Shown here: positions 56,983 to 64,000 of the stretch, piece by piece | Layout of the letters: each line of letters begins with the position of its first letter | Position numbering within the stretch: position 1 is the first letter of the stretch | Virus record (IMG/VR): IMGVR_UViG_3300029985_000017 | Coordinates: 99,230 to 163,229 of that record | Reading direction: 5' to 3' (one strand) | Length of the DNA stretch: 64,000 bases | Source: a virus | The notes under the pieces: generated by a model | What the model was told of the DNA's origin: nothing | The model's database searches: none | What the model saw: the letters and a program-made list of their open reading frames with translations, nothing else | Translations under genes and position numbers: made by a program

Positions 56983-57777
56983 TAAAGGGATATATCACGA
57001 CTCCAAAGGACCCTGGGTTCAGGGAGCCCTTTTAAGAGAGAATTTTTCGGAAATTTTTTAATGAAGTCATATAGTTAGGAGTGTTTAAAAATGGGGGTTT
57101 TGCGTAAAACTCTAAAAAAGACAAATATATGAAATTATTAAAGAAATGTGTATTTAATAGCTTATTGGGGGAGAGGCAGTTTATAGGGAAAAATTCTGGA
57201 AAAATTTTTTTAATCGTGATTGCACGTCTATATAGAATAGACTATAGAGTTGTAATCATTGGAAACCCCGAAAACACTATATTATCAATGACTTATCTCC
57301 ATGTCACCTATGACACACGTTGATTTCATTAGGGTTTATGCGCCTAGACTTTGGGCATAGACTGTTATTGACACACTTACACTATCCTGATGCTTGACAC
57401 AGCCTAACACCATTGACGAATGACCGCGCCGCTGTTAACAATTGACTTTATGGAATCGGAGACTAACTCCGACTCATTGATATCATTGACTTATATTGAT
57501 TTAACAAACTTGATTAAACATTTTGCTATTTTGTGCAGTGCTGTAACTCACATATAGACGACTTGACACACTTGACCGATCGACCATGACCATGCCGCCA
57601 TTGACCTATAGGACGCACGAATGCCTGGCTCCCGGTGGGTGCCAGGCTTGACTCAGGGTATATAATTTTGTGGTATATAACTTGCATTTTGAATGCTATT
57701 AGGTGGGTCAATGACGACTCACTATAGACTTACTTTAGAATGCAAGATACACTACATAGTAAAGATTAGGCGACTAG

Positions 57778-57880
57778 TGACATTCTATGACATAGCCATG
57801 GTGACAATATACGTCAAAGTGACAATATTTGGTACATTAGCCCTATACGATTCAATGACTTACATTGGCATTCCATATGC
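57778..57880 (+). promoter_or_regulatory. sigma54-type promoter with three upstream TGAC-N7-GTCA-like boxes
   Basis: Boxes at 57778/57802/57820; TGGCATTCCATATGCA (GG 57867, GC 57879). Confidence 0.7.
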
Positions 57881-57893
57881 ATTACTTATAACC

Positions 57894-58295
57894 ATGATTA
57901 GTTATATTAACCGTATTATTTTAACCCAAGCTTCTAAACTCAAGTATACGGTAGCCGATCACGCGCCGGGTACTGAAAAAGGGTTATTCAATCAAGCTAG
58001 TTTAGTTATATGGTCTGGCGCTTCTGACGATACCATATTTGACGATTGTAGGGTTAACTGGGCATTCCGGGCATTGCACGATTCATTGCATTTAAAAACG
58101 GGTTTAGGTTTTAGTATTGCAGAAGAGATTTATTTAGGTAGGTTACAGGCTAATCAGTATTCAGGTATATTAGCTGATTTAGTTTATAGCGAGGTAGCGG
58201 AACAAGCTGAATACTATAGAATTAATGGTGTATTTGTACCTAATCAAAAAACCTTTGCTATTGACTCTCTTAAATCGAAAGGATTGTTAAAATGA
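57894..58295 (+). CDS. Hypothetical protein
   Basis: Start moved to MISYINR just after the sigma54 site; ATGA overlap with next gene. Confidence 0.55.
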   Translation: MISYINRIILTQASKLKYTVADHAPGTEKGLFNQASLVIWSGASDDTIFDDCRVNWAFRALHDSLHLKTGLGFSIAEEIYLGRLQANQYSGILADLVYSEVAEQAEYYRINGVFVPNQKTFAIDSLKSKGLLK

Positions 58296-58741
58296 TTAAA
58301 TATATACTAATTCTATTTATATCTCAGTTAGCCTATAGCGGCGATTTTAACACGATTCAAGGGTTAGCTCATTCTAATGGTTTTAACCCGTCTAATAGGG
58401 TTGTCAAGGCTATATACCATGCGGCGCGGCTATACCATATCCCTGTAAAGGAATTGACTGCTATAGCTATCCTCGAAACGGGTATAGGCTTCAATGCCAA
58501 AGTTAGGCATAACTCCAATGGTACACTAGATATAGGTTTATTTCAGATTAACACTGTAAACCAGTCTAGTTGCAAGGAATTCAATTTGACTTCAATTGAA
58601 GGAAATGCGTTATGCGCGGCGAAGCTATTGCATAGGATAGCCCATAGGCATTCCGACTATTTAGGCCGTTATCACTCTAAAACACCTAGTCATAAAATCA
58701 AATATATCCGCGCTATTAAACATATCTTGGCCATTGAGTGA
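58292..58741 (+). CDS. Secreted lytic transglycosylase (IagB/EtgA-like SLT)
   Basis: Signal peptide; AIAILETG, NSNGTLDIGLFQINT, GRYHS. Confidence 0.88.
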   Translation: MIKYILILFISQLAYSGDFNTIQGLAHSNGFNPSNRVVKAIYHAARLYHIPVKELTAIAILETGIGFNAKVRHNSNGTLDIGLFQINTVNQSSCKEFNLTSIEGNALCAAKLLHRIAHRHSDYLGRYHSKTPSHKIKYIRAIKHILAIE

Positions 58742-58839
58742 CAATTATTGTCCCGATTAGGTGACAATTTTTGTTATTGGGACAATTATTGTCCCGATTA
58801 GGATTGAAATGATTAGATTATTTCTGGCATTAGGGTTGC
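58739..58839 (+). promoter_or_regulatory. sigma54-type promoter with three upstream boxes
   Basis: Boxes at 58739/58762/58780; TGGCATTAGGGTTGCA (GG 58826, GC 58838). Confidence 0.8.
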
Positions 58840-58869
58840 AATAGATAGTGTTATAGGAGATTTATTAAC

Positions 58870-58995
58870 ATGGCTGAAATTGTTCAAGTTAAAAACGGTT
58901 TTCAAGTGATTTATAAAGGCAGAATTAGTGTTAAATTTGATAGCATTCTTGATGCTATTCGGTATTCCTATAAAATGAAACGATTATACCTATAA
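58870..58995 (+). CDS. 41-aa microprotein (absent from ORF track)
   Basis: AGGAGA RBS; MAEIVQVKNGFQVIYKGR... Confidence 0.55.
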   Translation: MAEIVQVKNGFQVIYKGRISVKFDSILDAIRYSYKMKRLYL

Positions 58996-59009
58996 TGGGG
59001 GAGTGAATT

Positions 59010-59129
59010 ATGCGAGTGTATTTCAAAGAGTCTAATAGTGATAAGTTATCTTTTACTGAAGTCTATACCCAAACTATGTATTTAATTGGAGTATTGACGA
59101 TTTTACTTGCAACGTGGTTTTATAACTAA
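59010..59129 (+). CDS. 39-aa membrane microprotein (absent from ORF track)
   Basis: GGGAG RBS; C-terminal hydrophobic helix. Confidence 0.5.
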   Translation: MRVYFKESNSDKLSFTEVYTQTMYLIGVLTILLATWFYN

Positions 59130-59395
59130 ACTAGATTGATTAATGCTTTAGCCTGGTATAATTCTTGATTGAATTGTACCGGGCTTTAGCAATTGAAAGG
59201 TATTAATATGGGCATTAAAAAAACTGAATTGAAATGCTATGTTATGGTTCCGGCTAACAAAGTTAATCAAATCAATAGAAATTATGTATTTGATTAACTT
59301 TGACGATGCTAAAGTATTTTTTGAGTATTATTTAACTAAGGGTTATAAGGGTTTAAGTATAGAATCGGCTTTTATAATTGAAGGAGTATTATCAA

Positions 59396-59617
59396 ATGAA
59401 TAGTTGTAGGTTATGCAATGATCGTGATTTATTGACTAATGGCCTATGCTTCCCATGCCACTATATGGATACCATTGTTTATAAAATGGGTTCCGATATC
59501 CTCTATGCCGATTATGATCACTTAATTGAAAAAGCGGATAGATATAACTCAATAGGCTTTTTGACTAGTAAATCGGTTAGGTTTATTGGCAATGTAAATC
59601 AATTGGGTTATAACTAA
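59396..59617 (+). CDS. Zn-finger hypothetical protein
   Basis: AAGGAG RBS; CRLC...CFPC. Confidence 0.55.
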   Translation: MNSCRLCNDRDLLTNGLCFPCHYMDTIVYKMGSDILYADYDHLIEKADRYNSIGFLTSKSVRFIGNVNQLGYN

Positions 59618-59649
59618 TAGCTATTAATATCCTCTAATATCACCTATAA

Positions 59650-59694
59650 TAGCCCGGCTTATTCCTTCAGGGGATAGATCGGGCTATGTTATTT
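59650..59694 (+). terminator. Hairpin terminator
   Basis: UAGCCCGGCUUAUUCC-UUCA-GGGGAUAGAUCGGGCUA then U-rich. Confidence 0.55.
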
Positions 59695-59701
59695 GGTATT
59701 A

Positions 59702-59803
59702 TGACCATAATTGTCAGTATTGAGTGACATTTTTGAGTATTATGACCATAATTGTCACTATTATATATTGATTTTATTAAATTTTATTTGGCCTACTGGT
59801 TGC
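59702..59803 (+). promoter_or_regulatory. sigma54-type promoter with three upstream boxes
   Basis: Boxes at 59702/59725/59743 (TGACCATAATTGTCA twice); TGGCCTACTGGTTGCA (GG 59790, GC 59802). Confidence 0.8.
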
Positions 59804-59816
59804 AATAACTAATATC

Positions 59817-59972
59817 ATGAGAGTATTTCAAATTAAATACAAGTTGAGATGCGGAACTATGGTAGAATGCTTTAAGGCTTATACCTGTACACTTGCGGTA
59901 GAAAAACTTTTAAAAGGTTTGACTCCGCGTGATAAGATGTATTTTAATATAGTTTCTATTAACATGCTTTGA
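59817..59972 (+). CDS. 51-aa microprotein, near-leaderless (absent from ORF track)
   Basis: ATG 14 nt after the -12 GC; MRVFQIKYKLRCG... Confidence 0.5.
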   Translation: MRVFQIKYKLRCGTMVECFKAYTCTLAVEKLLKGLTPRDKMYFNIVSINML

Positions 59973-59981
59973 GGTATACCT

Positions 59982-60209
59982 ATGACACCGATGAAGTTTA
60001 AAGACGCAATCGATTTACTTGAGTCAAATGGCTTTGTGTTCATTCGTGCTAATGGTCATCAGATATATGGCAAGGGAAGCGTTAGGATTGCCCTAGCGCA
60101 TCAAAGGATTGTATCGGTAGGGGTTGTTAGGTCAATCCTCAGAGCTATTAAACAAGCCAATAGCCAAGAGCCTTTGACGCCATTTTTCGTCACATTGCCT
60201 AGCCGTTAA
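59982..60209 (+). CDS. hicA: HicA-like mRNA interferase fold protein
   Basis: MKFKDAIDLLESNGFVFIRANGHQIY...H..VSVGVVRSIL. Confidence 0.7.
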   Translation: MTPMKFKDAIDLLESNGFVFIRANGHQIYGKGSVRIALAHQRIVSVGVVRSILRAIKQANSQEPLTPFFVTLPSR

Positions 60210-60278
60210 TTGTCATATTGCCCTAAATTGTCACTCGGTTTATTGATCTCATTAAGTTTTATTTGGTACGTTCATTGC
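60178..60278 (+). promoter_or_regulatory. sigma54-type promoter with three degenerate upstream boxes
   Basis: Boxes at 60178/60201/60219, each ending GTCA; TGGTACGTTCATTGCT (GG 60265, GC 60277). Confidence 0.75.
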
Positions 60279-60302
60279 TTTATACTATAGCAAGGAGTCA
60301 TT

Positions 60303-61670
60303 ATGCTGAAACATATTAGAATTCAGATTGACGGAAATAAAAGCTACCTGATTTATCAACGTGGTTTATTTCATGCCATTGAATTGATTAAGCCTATTGA
60401 AAATCATAGCTATTATGGTAATAGCACTACAGGAGGATTAAAAGGGGCATTTACCTATCTCAAAGTGGAAATCGGAAGTCAACGAGAAGCATTGAGAAAT
60501 GTTGATAAACTCACTTCAAAGGGTTCCGAATCAATTCTAAAGATTTTAAATAGAAAACGCGAACGAGTATGGCGCGAGTGTCTCAATTCAAAAAAGCCCG
60601 TTACCTTGCATAAGCACGTAGGGGTTGAAATTGAATTCGTTTCAGAGTCAACTAGGGAAGCTATAGCCAAGAGCCTTGCGCTAGCGGGTTTAGCTTCATT
60701 CACTGAATTAAAGTCAGATGGATCAGTACACGGCGGAAGTAGCGGCATTGACGGGGATTGTGATGGATCATGCCGTAGCGAATGCGAGTGTTATGAATGC
60801 GGCGAATATCACTATTGCGATGAAGAAACGGAATGCACTAGACAACGGCGAAGGATTGGCACAGTTAGTGACGGCGAATGGGAATATCGCGATGGCTGTA
60901 CCGAATGCAATGAAACTGAAACGATTGAAGATTGTGAATGCGGCGGCCAAAATGAACAAGGCGAAAATGTATGCAATGGCGCGCACGTAGTTTGTTCCGG
61001 CCATTGCCCAGGACATTATTGCCAAGGCTATGATGATCATGACAATAATAATTGTGAATGCGACCATAATGACTACTGTGGCGGCAATGATGGGAATAGT
61101 GGTCATGAGCTGGCTATAGTCGCAAAGTCTACTCAAATAGCTTCTGTGATTTCAAAAGCTTGTAAAGTGTTAGCTGATCACAAAGCAGAAGTAAATTCTA
61201 CATGCGGGTTACACGTTCACATTGACATGCGTAACCGTGACGAAAAACAAGCTTTTGCTAACTTAGTTAAATCTCAAAAGCTTTTATATAGCATGGTTCC
61301 ACGTTCAAGGTACGAAAACACTTATTGTAAACCAAACGATAAGGGTTTAAAAATGGATAGTTATCAAGGCAGGTACTTAGGCATTAACCCTAGTTCATAT
61401 GGTGAACACGGTACTATTGAAGTTAGATTGCATTCTGGTACGGTTAACGCTGAAAAAATCAATAATTGGATTAAATTACTACAGGCAATTGCATATTCAA
61501 AACGTGTACCAAAGATCGTAAAACTATCTGATTTAGTTAATAATGTTAAATTGCCTAGTACCTTAATTGAATACATTGAAAAACGATTGGCTACCTTTGC
61601 CAATAAACACCAAAGCTATTCGGTTGAAAATGATCTCAATATACAAATTGAATTGCCATTGGCCGCCTAA
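60303..61670 (+). CDS. Putative amidoligase (COOH-NH2 ligase) with Cys-rich insertion
   Basis: GVEIEF, DGS, HELA, TCGLHVH, RY..IN, TIEVRLH. Confidence 0.85.
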   Translation: MLKHIRIQIDGNKSYLIYQRGLFHAIELIKPIENHSYYGNSTTGGLKGAFTYLKVEIGSQREALRNVDKLTSKGSESILKILNRKRERVWRECLNSKKPVTLHKHVGVEIEFVSESTREAIAKSLALAGLASFTELKSDGSVHGGSSGIDGDCDGSCRSECECYECGEYHYCDEETECTRQRRRIGTVSDGEWEYRDGCTECNETETIEDCECGGQNEQGENVCNGAHVVCSGHCPGHYCQGYDDHDNNNCECDHNDYCGGNDGNSGHELAIVAKSTQIASVISKACKVLADHKAEVNSTCGLHVHIDMRNRDEKQAFANLVKSQKLLYSMVPRSRYENTYCKPNDKGLKMDSYQGRYLGINPSSYGEHGTIEVRLHSGTVNAEKINNWIKLLQAIAYSKRVPKIVKLSDLVNNVKLPSTLIEYIEKRLATFANKHQSYSVENDLNIQIELPLAA

Positions 61671-61688
61671 CTTTGAAAGGATATGCCC

Positions 61689-62642
61689 TTGTGTAAAATA
61701 TTCGCCTTAACTAATGCCTCAAAAGTGAATTTTGATAGTAAGTTTATTAACATTGTCAAAAGTCAAGTATGTAAAACGAATGACCGCGATGGTTTTGGCT
61801 ATGCTGTACTCCGTGACTCAGGCTTAATACATGGTGAACGTACTACTAATCCCGAATTGTTTGAACCTTTGCGAGTGTCAGGGGTTACAGCGGCATTGCC
61901 TTGCATCGAAGTTACGCGCAATTCATTTGGTTCAATTGATGATACTAAACTAAAATCATTTATCGGACATGGGAGATTTTCGACTAATACCCGTAGCATT
62001 GAAAATACGCATCCATTTTTTGACGGCAATGCGGCATTAATTCACAATGGGGTTGTTAGGCATATTGGCCCTAAGATTGAGTCACTCAAAACCGATTGTG
62101 ATACTGAACTACTGGCCCATCACTGGGGTCAAAGTCAAATGCAAGGCATTGAGGATAGTATTACAGGTTATTATGCAATGGCTATACTTGAACACGGCAT
62201 GTTGCATATTGTTAAAGACTCAATTGCTTCACTTTATGTCGCATGGTCTCCTAGTATTGAAAGTTTTATTATTGCCACTACTCAAGACATTATTCAAGGG
62301 GTTGCTAAGGAAATGGGATGGGTTATTGAACCTTGTGAAGCTATTGCGGACAATTCTCATACGGTTTTTGACGGCAATAGCGTTGTGTCATGTGATGAAA
62401 TTTATCCCCTTGAAATCGACAATGGTCCTATTGATTCAAAAACTAGGGTTGCGTTAGGTATGGGCAGAGATTATGACGAACCATTGCCTGGCGATTCTGA
62501 AGAGTATTTTTCGGATGCGAATACTTTGGGCTATGAACGCGAATCAATTAGGTACAGCGATTTAAATGACGACGATGGGCCAGCTTATAGAGAAGACTAT
62601 TCGGCTGTTAGGGAATACATGAAAAGCAGAAAAGTAGGGTAA
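61689..62642 (+). CDS. Class II (Ntn) glutamine amidotransferase
   Basis: TTG start gives N-terminal Cys; DGFG, GHGRFST, NTHPF, HNG, DTE. Confidence 0.85.
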   Translation: MCKIFALTNASKVNFDSKFINIVKSQVCKTNDRDGFGYAVLRDSGLIHGERTTNPELFEPLRVSGVTAALPCIEVTRNSFGSIDDTKLKSFIGHGRFSTNTRSIENTHPFFDGNAALIHNGVVRHIGPKIESLKTDCDTELLAHHWGQSQMQGIEDSITGYYAMAILEHGMLHIVKDSIASLYVAWSPSIESFIIATTQDIIQGVAKEMGWVIEPCEAIADNSHTVFDGNSVVSCDEIYPLEIDNGPIDSKTRVALGMGRDYDEPLPGDSEEYFSDANTLGYERESIRYSDLNDDDGPAYREDYSAVREYMKSRKVG

Positions 62643-62854
62643 ACTAATGATTTGGTTTATTTACTTCAATGGTGATTTTTACTATCCGAGTCAAGATAAC
62701 CACTATAAACATGGTCGATCGGTAGCATGGGAAGGATCGGAAAACGATGCACGTAGGGTATGTGATGAGTTTAATGCAAAGATAGGTGTATAGGTCATTT
62801 TTGATATATAGGGTTGTTTTGACCAAAAAGTGTTTTTTAACTGAAAGGATTGAT

Positions 62855-63070
62855 ATGACTAAGCTAGAATATGGAATTATACAGGCATCAATTGATTTGA
62901 TTAAAGCAATGCGTAAAGAAAACCTAGCTATGCCAAAATCATTTTGTGCGCCATTAACGGTTAATGCGGCAGGTATTCTATTGGCCAGATTGCAAGATGC
63001 TGGCCATGTATTTGAGCCTATTAAAGAAAAGCCTAAAACTGATTTTACTATGGATGACGTGCCATTTTAA
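62855..63070 (+). CDS. Hypothetical protein
   Basis: GAAAGGA RBS, MTKLEY...DDVPF. Confidence 0.55.
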   Translation: MTKLEYGIIQASIDLIKAMRKENLAMPKSFCAPLTVNAAGILLARLQDAGHVFEPIKEKPKTDFTMDDVPF

Positions 63071-63098
63071 TTAAATTAAACTAACTGAAAGGATTAAT

Positions 63099-63299
63099 AT
63101 GAATTCATTTACAACTATCTATTTGACTGAAGACTATCAACCCGATGCTAGTGAGATCTCGCATCTAGAATATGCCGTCGAGCGTGAGATTGCCGTAGGT
63201 GAAGGGTTTATTAATGTATACAGCCGAGATAAGGAATTGATTAAAGATCTTGTGGATATTATAGGTGAGTTCTATGTTAAAGAAATTGCATGGGGATAG
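63099..63299 (+). CDS. Small acidic protein
   Basis: GAAAGGA RBS. Confidence 0.55.
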   Translation: MNSFTTIYLTEDYQPDASEISHLEYAVEREIAVGEGFINVYSRDKELIKDLVDIIGEFYVKEIAWG

Positions 63300-63364
63300 G
63301 TCAAATAGGGGATAGGTCAATTTCTATCTCCAAAAGTGTTTTCTCCCAAGAGTATTTTTTATGA

Positions 63365-63458
63365 TGACAATAAACGTCAACCCAAAATTGTTACTTGCTT
63401 ATGTCTTAGACAGTATGTTTATTGATATCATTGGACTTTGTCTTGGCCTAACGCTTGC
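63365..63458 (+). promoter_or_regulatory. sigma54-type promoter with one clear upstream box
   Basis: TGACAATAAACGTCA at 63365; TGGCCTAACGCTTGCT (GG 63445, GC 63457). Confidence 0.7.
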
Positions 63459-63503
63459 TATATAGTATGTCATAACTGGGCAATAGCCCAAAGGGAATAT
63501 CAA

Positions 63504-64000
63504 ATGAAGTTTCAAATTAAAAATCGTTTTGATTCATCGGTTATCTTTGAATGTGAAGCAGAATCTTTTGGCATTGCTGTTGAACTAGCTATTAAAGCTG
63601 GGGCGAATCTCTCTGGGGCGAATCTCTCTAGGGCGAATCTCTATGGGGCGAATCTCTCTAGGGCGGATCTCTCTAGGGCGGATCTCTATGGGGCGAATCT
63701 CTCTGGGGCGAATCTCTCTAGGGCGAATCTCTCTGGGGCGGATCTCTATGGGGCGAATCTCTCTGGGGCGGATCTCTCTAGGGCGGATCTCTCTGGGGCG
63801 GATCTCTCTAGGGCGAATCTCTCTGGGGCGAATCTCTCTAGGGCGAATCTCTCTGGGGCGGATCTCTCTGGGGCGAATCTCTCTGGGGCGGATCTCTCTA
63901 GGGCGGATCTCTCTGGGGCGGATCTCTCTTTTACTTGTATCTTTGGATTATACTTAGGGAAACATTTTGTATTCGGATGGAAAAAGACCAAAGAAATCGT
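63504..64000 (+). CDS. Pentapeptide-repeat protein, runs off the window end (absent from ORF track)
   Basis: [33 protein letters not shown] then A(N/D)L(S/Y)(G/R) repeats. Confidence 0.9.
   Translation, partial: MKFQIKNRFDSSVIFECEAESFGIAVELAIKAGANLSGANLSRANLYGANLSRADLSRADLYGANLSGANLSRANLSGADLYGANLSGADLSRADLSGADLSRANLSGANLSRANLSGADLSGANLSGADLSRADLSGADLSFTCIFGLYLGKHFVFGWKKTKEI
63600..63929 (+). repeat. 22 tandem 15-bp coding repeats
   Basis: RGGGCGRATCTCTMT units. Confidence 0.95.

Noticed and set aside
57693-57893. N-terminal 67 codons of the listed 200-aa ORF
   Set aside because: They run through the enhancer boxes and sigma54 site; ATG 57894 fits the promoter better, though a second sigma54-like site at 57672 leaves some doubt
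59154-59170. Additional sigma54 site TGGTATAATTCTTGA
   Set aside because: GA instead of GC at -12, no upstream boxes, and it forms one arm of a hairpin
63600-63929. Possible CRISPR array
   Set aside because: Contiguous tandem repeats with no spacers, and coding; no cas genes seen
63643-63991. ORFs GRISL-repeat (+) and ERSAP-repeat (-)
   Set aside because: Alternative frames of the 15-bp repeat; the frame with a start, SD and A(N/D)Lxx pattern begins at 63504
1-64000. Stop-codon reassignment
   Set aside because: Long genes are intact in code 11, and TAA, TAG and TGA all end genes at tight junctions
1-64000. Diversity-generating retroelement, retron, integrase or IS element
   Set aside because: No reverse transcriptase, recombinase or transposase motifs, and no template/variable repeat pair noticed

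Overview
This window is part of a large, AT-rich tailed-phage genome with a contractile tail, read in the standard genetic code. It has four parts. (1) 1-26.3 kb, minus strand: tail and baseplate module (tail fibres, tube-like protein, baseplate wedge/J, gp25-like fusion, spike, hub, tape measure). It is interrupted by two small plus-strand islands and free-standing endonucleases and is marked by a recurring AATCTTTA promoter-like motif. (2) 26.4-56.6 kb, minus strand: many short genes behind regular sigma70-type promoters (TTGACT-N17-TANNNT). They include IMPDH/GMP reductase, class II RNR, dUTPase, PPase, a deaminase, a DenV-like glycosylase, Hsp20, a PagL-like barrel, a CxxCH cytochrome, a nucleotidyltransferase, and an AT-hook/ParB-like/Fis-HTH operon. 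(3) 50.6-57 kb: GC-rich intergenic segments that fold into structured RNAs starting at predicted transcription starts; three form a covarying tRNA-like family. (4) 57.7-64 kb, plus strand: a probable early region (lytic transglycosylase, orphan HicA-like protein, amidoligase plus GATase, pentapeptide-repeat protein). Its promoters are sigma54-type (-24/-12), and four sit behind three identically spaced TGAC-N7-GTCA boxes. The two best candidates for new biology are the sigma54/enhancer promoter set with a stand-alone Fis-type HTH, and the tRNA-like ncRNA cluster. A Gram-negative host rich in sigma54 regulation (e.g. Bdellovibrionota/Myxococcota-like) is inferred, not shown. All calls come from reading motifs by eye; no database search was run.
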